This document shows, piece after piece, positions 28,226 to 37,348 of a stretch of 37,436 nt of DNA. The first letter of the stretch is position 1. Each line of letters begins with the position of its first letter. This stretch comes from Eubacteriales bacterium (GTDB lineage Bacteria > Bacillota > Clostridia > Oscillospirales > CAG-272), in NCBI GenBank assembly GCA_045629725.1, contig JAZQRT010000095.1, positions 1 to 37,436 on the forward strand, given 5' to 3'. The notes under the pieces were generated by a model. The model was not told the DNA's origin. It worked only from the letters and a program-made list of their open reading frames with translations, and searched no databases. The translations under genes and the position numbers were made by a program.

Positions 28226-30493
28226 TCAGCTCTCCTTAATTTCTTCGTCCGTCAATTCTTTTTTGAAGTTGCATTTTACAGTGTGGCAAACGAGAAGGTT
28301 TTTTGCCTTTTTGCAGTAAAGCATTTCACCGCACTGAGGGCAGATCTCTTTTGTGGGAATATCCCAAGAAGAGAAATCGCAATCGGGATAGCCGGAGCAA
28401 CCGTAGAAGGTGCGCTTTTTGCCTCTGCGGACAATGATATCTTTTCCGCATTTGGGGCAGGGAATATCAAGACTTGTCTGCATGTTGAGTGTAAAACTGC
28501 ACTGTGGGAAGTTTGAACAAGCGTAGAACTTGCCGAATTTACCTTCTCTGAGAAGCAGCGGAGCTCCGCAGGTATCGCAGGTCTTGTCTGTAAGCTCGGG
28601 TTCAGTGGTTTCTTTTTTCTCGTTTTTGCCGTCCTTGGCAAGAGGCTTTGTGTTTTTACATTCGGGATAATTGGGACAAGCCGCAAATTTACCGTATCTG
28701 CCCGATTTTACTACCATCACAGCGCCGCATTTTTCGCAAATTATATCGGTCTGCTCTTGGGGGATCTCGATTTTCTTGTCGCCTGTTTCTGACATCGCCT
28801 TCTCAAGCTCCTCGGCAAAATTTCCGTAGAAATTTGAAAGAACATCGTTCATGTTGGACTCGCCTGTTTCAATGGCATCAAGCTTGTCTTCCATGTTGGC
28901 GGTAAATTTATAGTCAACGATCTCCGGAAAATATTTCGTGATCACCTCAGTCGTAATATCTGCAAGACCTGTGGGAACGAGCATCTTACCTTCACGCTTA
29001 ACGTAGCTTCTCGTTATGATAGTGTTGATAATAGTCGCATAGGTTGAAGGGCGTCCGATCCTCTTTTCCTCAAGGAACTTGATAAGAGAGGCTTCTGTAA
29101 ATCTGGGAGGAGCCTCGGTAAAGTGCTGTGAGGTTGAAAGTGACTGGAAGGAAGTATTTTCCCCTTCTGAAATGTGGGGCAGAATTCCGCTCTTTTCATC
29201 ATCGGCCTCGTTTTGGATATCACTTCCTTCTTCATAAAGCGCAAGGAATCCTTTGAATCTGAGAGTCGAGCCGGATGCTTTGAAAATATTTCCGTTACAC
29301 TCTATGTCGGCATTAACGGTATCAAAGCTTGCGGATGCCATCTGGCTTGCAATAAATCTGTCAAAGATAAGATTATAAAGCTTGAACTGATCACTGGTCA
29401 GTGCTTTTTTGATCTTCTTTGGAGCGTATTCAACGCTTACGGGACGAATAGCCTCGTGGGCGTCCTGCGCGCCGTTTGCGGATTTGTAAATTCTGGGAGT
29501 TGAAGGATAGTATTCCTTGCCGAATTCTCTGATGATAAATTCCTTTGCGGCATCTCTTGCTGAATCCGAAATGCGAAGTGAGTCAGTACGCATATAAGTG
29601 ATAAGACCGTGAGTACCGCCCAAAGCTGTACCGAGATTTATACCCTCATAAAGCTCTTGCGCTATCTTCATGGTTTTGGAGGAGGAGAATCCAAGCTTTC
29701 TGTAAGCCTCCTGCTGAAGTGTGGATGTTATAAAGGGAGGCGCGGGATTACGGAGCTTCAATGATTTTTTTACAGCTTTAACGATATATTTTCCGTCAAG
29801 AGAAGCTGCGAGCTTTTCCACGTCTTCCTTGGAGCTAAGCTCCTTTTTCTTTGTATCTCCCCAATATTTTGCTTGGAAGGGCTTTCCTTCAGAGTTTGTG
29901 AGGTTTGCAGCTACCGTCCAATATTCAACGGGAACAAAGTTCTTGATCTCGTTTTCGCGTTCTGTAAGTATTCTTACTGCGGCAGACTGAACTCTTCCCG
30001 CGGAAAGTCCGCTCTTGACAGTTTTCCAAAGGAAGGGACTGAGCTTATACCCAACGATTCTGTCAAGTATACGCCTTGCCTGCTGTGAGTTTACAAGGTC
30101 CATGTCAATGGTTCTGGGAGATTTTATTGCCGCTTTAACGGCGTTTTTGGATATTTCGTTGAAGGTTATACGCTTGGTCTTTTCAAGCGGTATTTTAAGA
30201 GTTGCCGCAAGATGCCAGGAGATCGCCTCGCCCTCACGGTCAGGGTCGGTTGCAAGATATACAACGTCTGCTTTTTTAGCCTCTGCAATAAGTGATTTTA
30301 TGAGGGGACCCTTTCCTCTGATGTTTATATAGTGTGGTTCAAAGTTGTTGTCTATATCAATTCCTATAGTGCTTTTCGGCAGGTCGCGTACGTGGCCTAC
30401 GGATGCAACTACCTTGTAGGATGATCCGAGATAACTTTTGATAGTTCCCGCTTTTGAAGGGGACTCAACGATAACAAGATGAGTTAATGCCAT
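28226..30493 (-). CDS. topA: DNA topoisomerase I
   Basis: VESPSK, DPDREGE, SAGRVQS, ITYMRTD and C-terminal zinc ribbons. Confidence 0.98.
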   Translation of the reverse strand: MALTHLVIVESPSKAGTIKSYLGSSYKVVASVGHVRDLPKSTIGIDIDNNFEPHYINIRGKGPLIKSLIAEAKKADVVYLATDPDREGEAISWHLAATLKIPLEKTKRITFNEISKNAVKAAIKSPRTIDMDLVNSQQARRILDRIVGYKLSPFLWKTVKSGLSAGRVQSAAVRILTERENEIKNFVPVEYWTVAANLTNSEGKPFQAKYWGDTKKKELSSKEDVEKLAASLDGKYIVKAVKKSLKLRNPAPPFITSTLQQEAYRKLGFSSSKTMKIAQELYEGINLGTALGGTHGLITYMRTDSLRISDSARDAAKEFIIREFGKEYYPSTPRIYKSANGAQDAHEAIRPVSVEYAPKKIKKALTSDQFKLYNLIFDRFIASQMASASFDTVNADIECNGNIFKASGSTLRFKGFLALYEEGSDIQNEADDEKSGILPHISEGENTSFQSLSTSQHFTEAPPRFTEASLIKFLEEKRIGRPSTYATIINTIITRSYVKREGKMLVPTGLADITTEVITKYFPEIVDYKFTANMEDKLDAIETGESNMNDVLSNFYGNFAEELEKAMSETGDKKIEIPQEQTDIICEKCGAVMVVKSGRYGKFAACPNYPECKNTKPLAKDGKNEKKETTEPELTDKTCDTCGAPLLLREGKFGKFYACSNFPQCSFTLNMQTSLDIPCPKCGKDIIVRRGKKRTFYGCSGYPDCDFSSWDIPTKEICPQCGEMLYCKKAKNLLVCHTVKCNFKKELTDEEIKES

Positions 30494-30619
30494 CTTTTGT
30501 TTATCCTTTCATAAAAAAATAATTTCGCTGTTTGGCTCATCTGATATGGGAATTTGTACGTTATAAAATCAACGGGTTCCCGATCAGAGTTTCTTTACGG
30601 AGAAAATACTCCGTGTGAT

Positions 30620-31861
30620 CTATTTTATTGTAAACTTACCGCCGGAGATTTTTTTGACGATTCCTTGCAGCTCTAACAGAGATATTGCTCTGAGGACGTT
30701 GTTAAAGGGAATGTTGGTGACCTGAGAGATCTCCTCGGGGAAAAGCTCCTTGTCAAGAAGGGATAATGCCACCGAGCGCATAGGTTCGCCAAGGGATACA
30801 AGCTCCTCACGAGAAATTGAGCAGGCTTGAACTTCATCCTTTTGTGTAAGATTATTTTCTTCTTTTTCGATTTTTTTGTTTTTGGTTTTCTTTATAGAGG
30901 TGATGCTTTTTGTTTCGGGAATGGCAAGTCCTTGAAGTGATTTCCTTTTTTGAATATGATTGAACTTTATCTGACTTCCGTATCGTTCGCTATAGAAATT
31001 TACTATATCTACAGCCTCGGTTACAGGCTTTGCACCTTCCTTAAGAAGTGAGTTGCTTCCGCGGTTGTTGTATTCTCCGTTTGGACCGGGAATGGAAAAG
31101 ATGTCTTTTCCTTGCTCCGCGGCATGGTGTGCTGTGTTGAGGGATCCGCTTCGTTCCCCTGCTTCGATAACCAGAGTTCCCGCACAAAGACCGCTGACTA
31201 TTCTGTTCCTTACGGGAAAATTGTGCCCCAGAGGCGGAGTTCCGGGAGCAAACTCTGAAATCACCGCGCCTTTTTCGCAAATTTCGTGGTAAAGATCCTC
31301 ATTTTGAGGAGGATATACAATGTCTATTCCCGAGCCGAGAACAGCAACGGTGTAACCGTGAGCGTCAAGGGCAGCCCTGTGACATATACTGTCGATTCCA
31401 AGCGCCATACCGCTCGTAATGATAATACCGCTTTTGGCAAGGTCATATGCAAATTCATAAGCGCATCTTTTTCCAACCTCGGTCATTTTGCGCGTTCCCA
31501 CACAGGCGATGGAAATGTTTTCCGTAAAGCTCGGAATATTGCCTCGAAGGTATAGTACAAATGGGCATGAGGAGATCTTTAAAAGGTTTTTGGGATATTC
31601 CTGAGAGTCGGGCGTAATGATCTTGATGGCGTTTTGATTACAGTAATCCGAAATTTCTTTTGCTTTTGTAAGGTCCTTATCCTTGAGTTTGCCGATCTGA
31701 CGGGTGGTCAGAACCTTCTTTGCCGAGGTGGTCTTAAAAAGCTCATCGTCATACAGATTGTGGGCATCACAATCACAGGCGTCAATTATTTCAGATGAAT
31801 TTTTGCATCCTGCGCCAAGGGCAAGAGAAAGCCAAAGCCAGTAAATCACTTTATGTTCCAT
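30620..31861 (-). CDS. dprA: DNA-processing protein DprA
   Basis: VGTR, SGMALGID, FPVRNRIVSG, SGSLNTA and a C-terminal winged helix. Confidence 0.96.
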   Translation of the reverse strand: MEHKVIYWLWLSLALGAGCKNSSEIIDACDCDAHNLYDDELFKTTSAKKVLTTRQIGKLKDKDLTKAKEISDYCNQNAIKIITPDSQEYPKNLLKISSCPFVLYLRGNIPSFTENISIACVGTRKMTEVGKRCAYEFAYDLAKSGIIITSGMALGIDSICHRAALDAHGYTVAVLGSGIDIVYPPQNEDLYHEICEKGAVISEFAPGTPPLGHNFPVRNRIVSGLCAGTLVIEAGERSGSLNTAHHAAEQGKDIFSIPGPNGEYNNRGSNSLLKEGAKPVTEAVDIVNFYSERYGSQIKFNHIQKRKSLQGLAIPETKSITSIKKTKNKKIEKEENNLTQKDEVQACSISREELVSLGEPMRSVALSLLDKELFPEEISQVTNIPFNNVLRAISLLELQGIVKKISGGKFTIK

Positions 31862-31893
31862 TTCTTCTCCTTTTTTGTCAACCCTATAAATTC

Positions 31894-32688
31894 TTAAGCC
31901 TTATGTATACCCCTGTAGGTCTCCCAGATCAGTATCGTTGCTGCAGTAGCGGCATTAAGAGACTCGGCTCCTCCGGGCATGGGTATGATAATGGGCGAGG
32001 TAGCTGCAGTTATAATTTCTTCGGACAGTCCGTGTCCTTCGTTTCCGATAATGAAGACTGTTTTTTCATCGCATTTGATTTCATTAAGCTTTTGTGAGTC
32101 GTGGCGCAAAGCCGTAGCATAAACGCCGAAGCCTTCATCCTTCAAGGTGTTGATGGTTTGAAGGATATCACGGCAGATCGTGATTCTTTGTGAAAAAAGG
32201 CATCCCATTGTTGCGCGTATGGTTTTCTCATTGTAAATATCCGCGCAGTCATCGGAGAGTATGACTTCATCGATTCCGAATGCGAGGGCAGTTCTGATAA
32301 CGGTACCGAGATTGCCTGGATCGCGAAGTGAGTTTAAAATTATTTTGCTACCTTTTATATTATTAATATATATTGTAGCAACTTTATGAAATTTGTCAAT
32401 AGCTTTTGCAATACAAAAAATGCCTGAGGGCGATTTTTCTGTAGAAATCTTTGAATAAACACTGTCGGTAACACAAATTTTGCGTACTGAATCGGGAAGC
32501 GATTTTATAAGATGTGATTTTGCCTCGGTAACTACAACGCTTTGAAGCTCAACACCTCTTGATATTGCTTCCTCGAAAAGCTTGACTCCTTCAAAAATAA
32601 ACACTCCGTCTTTTTCACGGTTCTTTTTTTCGTGCAAAGAATTACAGTATATGATATATTCGTTATTTCTTGATGATATGAATTCCAT
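31894..32688 (-). CDS. TrmH/SpoU family RNA methyltransferase
   Basis: DPGNLGTVIRTA, GNEGHGL, IPM..ESLNAA. Confidence 0.94.
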   Translation of the reverse strand: MEFISSRNNEYIIYCNSLHEKKNREKDGVFIFEGVKLFEEAISRGVELQSVVVTEAKSHLIKSLPDSVRKICVTDSVYSKISTEKSPSGIFCIAKAIDKFHKVATIYINNIKGSKIILNSLRDPGNLGTVIRTALAFGIDEVILSDDCADIYNEKTIRATMGCLFSQRITICRDILQTINTLKDEGFGVYATALRHDSQKLNEIKCDEKTVFIIGNEGHGLSEEIITAATSPIIIPMPGGAESLNAATAATILIWETYRGIHKA

Positions 32689-32767
32689 ACAAACACCTTT
32701 TATTAAACATAAATTCTTTCAAGGATAGAGTCCTTTTTGAAAAAAATAGAATTCCTATAAAGTGAAA

Positions 32768-32806
32768 TAACCGGCATTAGGAATTTGTATTCCTCTTTGC
32801 CGGTTA
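32768..32806 (-). terminator. Terminator-like hairpin after rplT
   Basis: TAACCGGCA...TGCCGGTTA with inner AGGAAT/ATTCCT. Confidence 0.7.
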
Positions 32807-32812
32807 AATTGT

Positions 32813-33169
32813 TTAGTTGAGTGCAGCCTTTGCCTGTTCAACGATTGCAGCAAATGCTTCCTTGTCGGAAACTGCGATCTCAGCGAGCATCTTTCTGTTC
32901 ATTGTGATGCCTGCCTTCTTGAGACCGTTCATAAGCTGTGAATAGTTGATTCCGCAAACCTTAGCCTGTGCGGAGATTCTTGTGATCCAGAGAGCTCTGA
33001 AGTTTCTCTTTCTCTGCTTTCTACCAACGTAAGCATAGTTACCGCTCTTCATAACGGCCTGCTTAGCCATCTTAAAATGCTTGCTCTTTGCGCCCCAGTA
33101 ACCCTTGGCAGCCTTCAATACTTTATTTCTTCTCTTGCGCGTCATCATTGCGCCCTTAACTCTTGCCAT
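32813..33169 (-). CDS. rplT: 50S ribosomal protein L20
   Basis: MARVKG...AKGYWG...[13 protein letters not shown]. Confidence 0.99.
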   Translation of the reverse strand: MARVKGAMMTRKRRNKVLKAAKGYWGAKSKHFKMAKQAVMKSGNYAYVGRKQRKRNFRALWITRISAQAKVCGINYSQLMNGLKKAGITMNRKMLAEIAVSDKEAFAAIVEQAKAALN

Positions 33170-33190
33170 TTTGTAATCCTCCCTTTAAAA

Positions 33191-33388
33191 TTAGAATTTC
33201 TGAATAAGTGTCTTGATTGCGGAAGTCATAGACTCGCTGAGGTAAGAAGCCTTACGGAGATTTCTCTTTCTCTTAGCTGTCTTGTGTCCGAGGTTATGAC
33301 GGTGATGTGAATGGTTCATCTTGATCTTTCCGCTTTTTGTAAGGGAAAATCTCTTTTTTGATGCACTGTGTGTTTTGATCTTAGGCAT
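33191..33388 (-). CDS. rpmI: 50S ribosomal protein L35
   Basis: MPKIKTHSASKKRF; ATG 33388 follows AAGGAG. Confidence 0.97.
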   Translation of the reverse strand: MPKIKTHSASKKRFSLTKSGKIKMNHSHHRHNLGHKTAKRKRNLRKASYLSESMTSAIKTLIQKF

Positions 33389-33504
33389 GATTATAACTCC
33401 TTTCAAATGTCAACCAAAAAATGGCGACCGTCTGTTCTATCTCACAGACCATAGTTTTTTTGACTTATTTTGTTTTGCGGCGATCCGCACTTGAATTTCA
33501 ATGA

Positions 33505-34050
33505 TTACTGCTTCTTGGGTACAAGGAACATTGTCATGTTTCTTCCCTCAAGCACCGGCTTCTTATCAACCGTTCCGGACTCTGCACATAATGCGGCAAA
33601 CTTTTCAAGAAGCTCTGCGCCGATCTCGGTGTGTGTCATCTGACGTCCCTTAAATCTTACGCTTACTTTAACTTTGTTTCCGCTTGCAAGGAATTTCTTT
33701 GTCTGATTAGCTTTTGTGTTAAAATCGTTTACGTCAATGAGCACAGAGAGCTGAACCTCTTTGATCTCAATCTTAGCCTGCTTCTTCTTTGCTTCCTTTT
33801 CTCTCTTATCGCGAGTGAAGCAATACTTACCGTAGTCCATAATACGGCATACGGGGCAGGATGACTGATTTGCCATAAGTACAAGGTCGAGTCCTTCGTC
33901 ATACGCTTTGTCGATAGCTGTGGAGAGCGAGAGCAAGCCGAGCATTTCGCCGTCAGCGCCGATGACTCTTACTTCTGTGGAAGGGGCGATACCCGCTTCG
34001 TCAATAATTTCCTCGTTAATGTAAAGGTCTTTGGAATTTTTCGGTTTGAT
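33505..34050 (-). CDS. infC: Translation initiation factor IF-3 (non-canonical ATC start)
   Basis: The frame extends 35 codons upstream of the ORF-track start to an ATC after GAGGTGA, adding INEEI...EVRVIGADG; also DYGKY, KEVQL, KVKVSVRFKGRQ. Confidence 0.93.
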   Translation of the reverse strand: MKPKNSKDLYINEEIIDEAGIAPSTEVRVIGADGEMLGLLSLSTAIDKAYDEGLDLVLMANQSSCPVCRIMDYGKYCFTRDKREKEAKKKQAKIEIKEVQLSVLIDVNDFNTKANQTKKFLASGNKVKVSVRFKGRQMTHTEIGAELLEKFAALCAESGTVDKKPVLEGRNMTMFLVPKKQ

Positions 34051-34069
34051 GTTAGATCACCTCATGAAA

Positions 34070-34193
34070 TAAAAAATGTATGCAAAGCAAAAATCCCCGC
34101 ATACACAACACCCGACAAGAATCCTGTCGGTAAAAATGTATCAACCCGAGTCATTCACGGATGCTGAGGTGAGAGGGATACTCTGCTTCTTTG
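34070..34193 (-). ncRNA. Ribosomal protein L20 leader
   Basis: AAGCAGAGTATCCCTCTCACCT start, pairing with GGGATTTTTGCTT, and an alternative terminator TGTATGC/GCATACA-TTTTTT upstream of infC. Confidence 0.85.
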
Positions 34194-34201
34194 TCCCAAG
34201 T

Positions 34202-34230
34202 ATACTACCACACTTTTCTTCATTTGTCAA
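34202..34230 (-). promoter_or_regulatory. SigmaA promoter of infC operon
   Basis: TTGACA-17 nt-TAGTAT with TG extension. Confidence 0.7.
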
Positions 34231-34361
34231 GGGCTTTTTTCGTTTTCTCAAAAATTATTTTTCTGTTTTTTTTATAATTTTTGTGGTATAATGTCACAAA
34301 GAGGTGTTTTTTTCGTCTTTATATATGAAAGGACATTTTGAACTGGAATTGAGGTGAGGAT

Positions 34362-34507
34362 TTGAAGGACTGTGATATAATCAGGCTTTTGTTTGAAAGA
34401 TGCCTGAGCTTGAAGGAGTTGTTATTTCTGTAAAAGTGGGATACCGCCAAAGTGCGGAGTATATCCGAACTGGGAATGGAGAATATGTTCTTTCAGAAAA
34501 AGAATGA
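34362..34507 (+). pseudogene. Probable remnant: 5' end of an ECF sigma factor gene joined to the 3' end of another gene
   Basis: GAGGTGAGG RBS then TTG gives MKDCDIIRLLFER; an overlapping frame (34400-34507) ends ...EYVLSEKE*; ECF-like promoter upstream. Confidence 0.45.
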
Positions 34508-34542
34508 TTGAATGCTTTGATTAAAGTAAAAGGAGTGTTATT

Positions 34543-34992
34543 ATGAAAAAGAATTTACTATTAATAATGTGTTGTATATCCATTTTGTCAATGCTTGTTT
34601 CATGTGATATCGAGCCTGTTACATCTGAAATACCCATTATGACTAACACACCTGAGGGAACGGCTGAATTGCAGATGACACCTTTGTATAATGAGATAAC
34701 TCAGGAAAAAGCAAAGGAAATGATCGATACTCTTGAAAATTACATAATCGTTGACGTCAGAAGTGAAATGGAGTACGATATGGGGCATATTCCGGGTGCC
34801 ATTCTTATTTCGGGAAACGATATATCCTCCAAGGCATCTTCCTTTCTTCCCGATAAAGATGCAGTCATTCTGGTTTACTCAAACAGTTCCGAAAGCAGTA
34901 AGATAGCGGCTCAGACTCTCGGTAGTTTGGGTTATACGAAGGTTTATGAATTCGGAAGTATTACTGAATGGGAGTATGAAATTACAAGATGA
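34543..34992 (+). CDS. Rhodanese-like domain lipoprotein lacking the catalytic Cys
   Basis: Lipobox LVSC; IVDVRS.EY..GHIPGA; active-site loop reads YSNSSESS. Confidence 0.88.
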   Translation: MKKNLLLIMCCISILSMLVSCDIEPVTSEIPIMTNTPEGTAELQMTPLYNEITQEKAKEMIDTLENYIIVDVRSEMEYDMGHIPGAILISGNDISSKASSFLPDKDAVILVYSNSSESSKIAAQTLGSLGYTKVYEFGSITEWEYEITR

Positions 34993-35026
34993 TTTTTTCT
35001 TTTTAGAGATTTACCCTAAAAGCCAC

Positions 35027-35066
35027 CAAACTATCTTGTAAGAAAGTTTAGATCAAAGAACTTTAT
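35027..35066 (-). repeat. Second AAAGTT...AAACTTT-TACAA-AGTTT palindromic element
   Basis: Minus strand AAAGTTCTTTGATCTAAACTTTCTTACAAGATAGTTTG resembles 3025-3068. Confidence 0.4.
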
Positions 35067-35097
35067 AAAAAAATTCAAGAGTAATTCGGAGTAAAAA

Positions 35098-35140
35098 AAT
35101 AACGGCAGATATTTCACGTGATGAGATATCTGCCGTTATT
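35098..35140. terminator. Bidirectional terminator
   Basis: AATAACGGCAGATAT/ATATCTGCCGTTATT between convergent genes. Confidence 0.85.
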
Positions 35141-35150
35141 CATTTTTTGA

Positions 35151-36605
35151 TCATTTTAAAAACTTATTTTTGATCTTTTCAAAATCAGCGTCAAAGCTTG
35201 ATTTTTTATCCGTCAGTAAGGATTTGAAATCGTCCTTATGTACGTTCTTGTTGATAAAATCCGTGATCTTTTCTTCAAACATACCTTCACACGAGATGGC
35301 AAGGTCGGTAACGTATTCTACCTCATATACCGAATACAGAGCAAGATACAGCATATCGTCCGAATCGTGGCAGTAGCAAAGTCTGACGCAGTGGGAAAGA
35401 TATTCATAGTTTGCCGAATAACTTGTATTGTAAGCCATCACTTCAAGAGCTGCGGTGGCGGCACCCACGTTTTCACAGGTCTTGAGAATGCCGAAAACGT
35501 TGGTGTTGCCTTGTACTGACGTGCGGTAAGGGGCGCTTTCCGATGATTTGGGAAGCGGTGCGATATAATAATCATCGCGCATATATCTGTGTAAAAATTC
35601 AGAGTCCTCGATCTTCCCGAATGCTATAAAAGCTTCGCCGTTTGAGAAATGCTCTATCTCCGATGAGGCGCTGGTTTCGTCAAAGATTCCGCTCTTGAAA
35701 AGTCCGTTATCTGCAAAAAGAGTTTTCAGATTATCTGCAAATGTTCCAAGTTTATCCGCGTCAAGTGTAGGCTCACCGTTTTTGGAAAGAGTTATGCCCT
35801 CACCCGCCATAAGAATGGAGGCGAATGTGTTTTTCTCATTTCCAAACTCGTGTGCGGCAATTCCGCCAAGCTTTGCGGCGTTTTCATAGGTCCATTTGCC
35901 GTCATCAACAAGCTTTTGAAATTCTGCGTATCCGAGGGTTTTGTTTATTTTGTCGACATTTTCAGTCCACATAGTTTTGTTTACAAAGGAAACAAGGGTG
36001 CTTTTAGTGCGTTCAAGAGATGCAAGCCCTGTTACCCAATAATAGTAACCGTTCACTGAAAGCGCCTCGTAGGAGTTTTTATCCCAATTCCCGCCATCAA
36101 GATCAATGTGCATATCTTTTTCGGGAATGGTGGCATAGTCGATAAAATTACTGCCGTTTTCACCCGATGTAAGACCGAGATCGTAACGCTCGTAAGCTCC
36201 CACAATATCGTAGGTAGAGTCGGGAGACGCAAAGAAAAGGCGCATATGCTCCGTCATTTCCTCAGGGGGCAGGGTTATGGATTTTCCAATCTTGAGATTG
36301 AGTTCTTTTTCCATTTCCCGATTTCTGTAGGCGACACATACGTTTACCGAGTAGGTCTCGTCATCACCCTCGGGAAGATGTATATTACGCGCTGAGTCAA
36401 TGTTACCGCACATAATGAAGTTTATCTCCTCGCCACCGAAATCCATTCCCTCAAGACTTTCGGGGATAAAGGGGTTATTCTTTGAGGGAGTTGTGTTTTC
36501 ACTCTGTGTCGGAGTTGGTGTTAAGACTGTATTTGAAGGAGATTTACAGGAAACAAGTGAGAGCAATAGTATCACCGACATAACAATGGAAACGATTTTT
36601 TTCAT
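35151..36605 (-). CDS. Extracellular solute-binding lipoprotein (family 1-like), orphan
   Basis: Lipobox LVSC, S/T/P linker, DFGG, RN..EKELN, FVNK, DGKWT, YYIAPLPK. Start at ATG 36605 after AAAGGA. Confidence 0.8.
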   Translation of the reverse strand: MKKIVSIVMSVILLLSLVSCKSPSNTVLTPTPTQSENTTPSKNNPFIPESLEGMDFGGEEINFIMCGNIDSARNIHLPEGDDETYSVNVCVAYRNREMEKELNLKIGKSITLPPEEMTEHMRLFFASPDSTYDIVGAYERYDLGLTSGENGSNFIDYATIPEKDMHIDLDGGNWDKNSYEALSVNGYYYWVTGLASLERTKSTLVSFVNKTMWTENVDKINKTLGYAEFQKLVDDGKWTYENAAKLGGIAAHEFGNEKNTFASILMAGEGITLSKNGEPTLDADKLGTFADNLKTLFADNGLFKSGIFDETSASSEIEHFSNGEAFIAFGKIEDSEFLHRYMRDDYYIAPLPKSSESAPYRTSVQGNTNVFGILKTCENVGAATAALEVMAYNTSYSANYEYLSHCVRLCYCHDSDDMLYLALYSVYEVEYVTDLAISCEGMFEEKITDFINKNVHKDDFKSLLTDKKSSFDADFEKIKNKFLK

Positions 36606-36699
36606 AATAATACATCCTTTCTCGAAAATGAATATTTCCATATATTTGTGGAGTCTTTCACTTATATAGTTGAAAAAAATTTGATTACGTCACAAGGTA

Positions 36700-36728
36700 A
36701 TTATAACACAAGTAAATAATTTTGTAAA
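36700..36728 (-). promoter_or_regulatory. SigmaA-type promoter of the SBP gene
   Basis: TTTACA-17 nt-TATAAT with TG extension. Confidence 0.6.
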
Positions 36729-36735
36729 TAGGAAA

Positions 36736-36767
36736 ACGCCCCTTTGAGGTTCTTTTCAAAAGGGCGT
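36736..36767 (-). terminator. Terminator after carD
   Basis: ACGCCC..TTTGA/TCAAA.GGGCGT stem followed by TTTT on the minus strand. Confidence 0.75.
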
Positions 36768-36775
36768 GATATTTT

Positions 36776-37276
36776 TTATATTCCAAGCTCTTTTTTTATG
36801 TGTTCAAGAGCTTCTGCGGGTTTTATGCCGAGGGTGAGAGCAAATTCTTCAAGAATAACTTTTTCGTTTTCTCTCATAAATTGAAGATCAAAAATATGGG
36901 GCTTTTTTGTGTTTTTATCGGCAGGTATCTGCCGTTTCTTGATTTCAATTACCGCGCCGAGTATCTTTTTTCTATCGCCTGCCGATGATATATCCTTATA
37001 ATACTGACGGCGCAAGTCAGGGTCGGATATCCAAAAAGGAGGAGAATTTTTAAGCTCCGAGAGTACCTCGTCGATTTCCTCGCGAGATAATACCTTCTTC
37101 ATTTTGGACGTCAAAAACTCATTGTCAACGGGAACGTATATTCTTGCGGTTTCCTTGTATATGGGGCGCAGGACGTAATAAATTGCCGTCTTCCCCGAAA
37201 ATTCACGTTCTGCGGTCTCTGCGATCTTACAAACGCCTTCGCTTTTGTAGATTACCGTATCTCCGATTTTAAACAT
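36776..37276 (-). CDS. CarD family transcriptional regulator
   Basis: MFKIGDTVIY..EGVC.I, YYVL.P, IYVPV and a conserved Trp (FWISD). Confidence 0.9.
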   Translation of the reverse strand: MFKIGDTVIYKSEGVCKIAETAEREFSGKTAIYYVLRPIYKETARIYVPVDNEFLTSKMKKVLSREEIDEVLSELKNSPPFWISDPDLRRQYYKDISSAGDRKKILGAVIEIKKRQIPADKNTKKPHIFDLQFMRENEKVILEEFALTLGIKPAEALEHIKKELGI

Positions 37277-37319
37277 TTTCTACCTCAAAAAATAAATTTG
37301 CCAAAGATTTAATAAGATC

Positions 37320-37348
37320 ATTATATCAAATTCGAGGATTATTTTCAA
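37320..37348 (-). promoter_or_regulatory. SigmaA-type promoter of carD
   Basis: TTGAAA-17 nt-TATAAT with TG extension. Confidence 0.65.

Noticed and set aside
34879-34881. Selenocysteine at the rhodanese active site
   Set aside because: The codon is TCA (Ser), not TGA.
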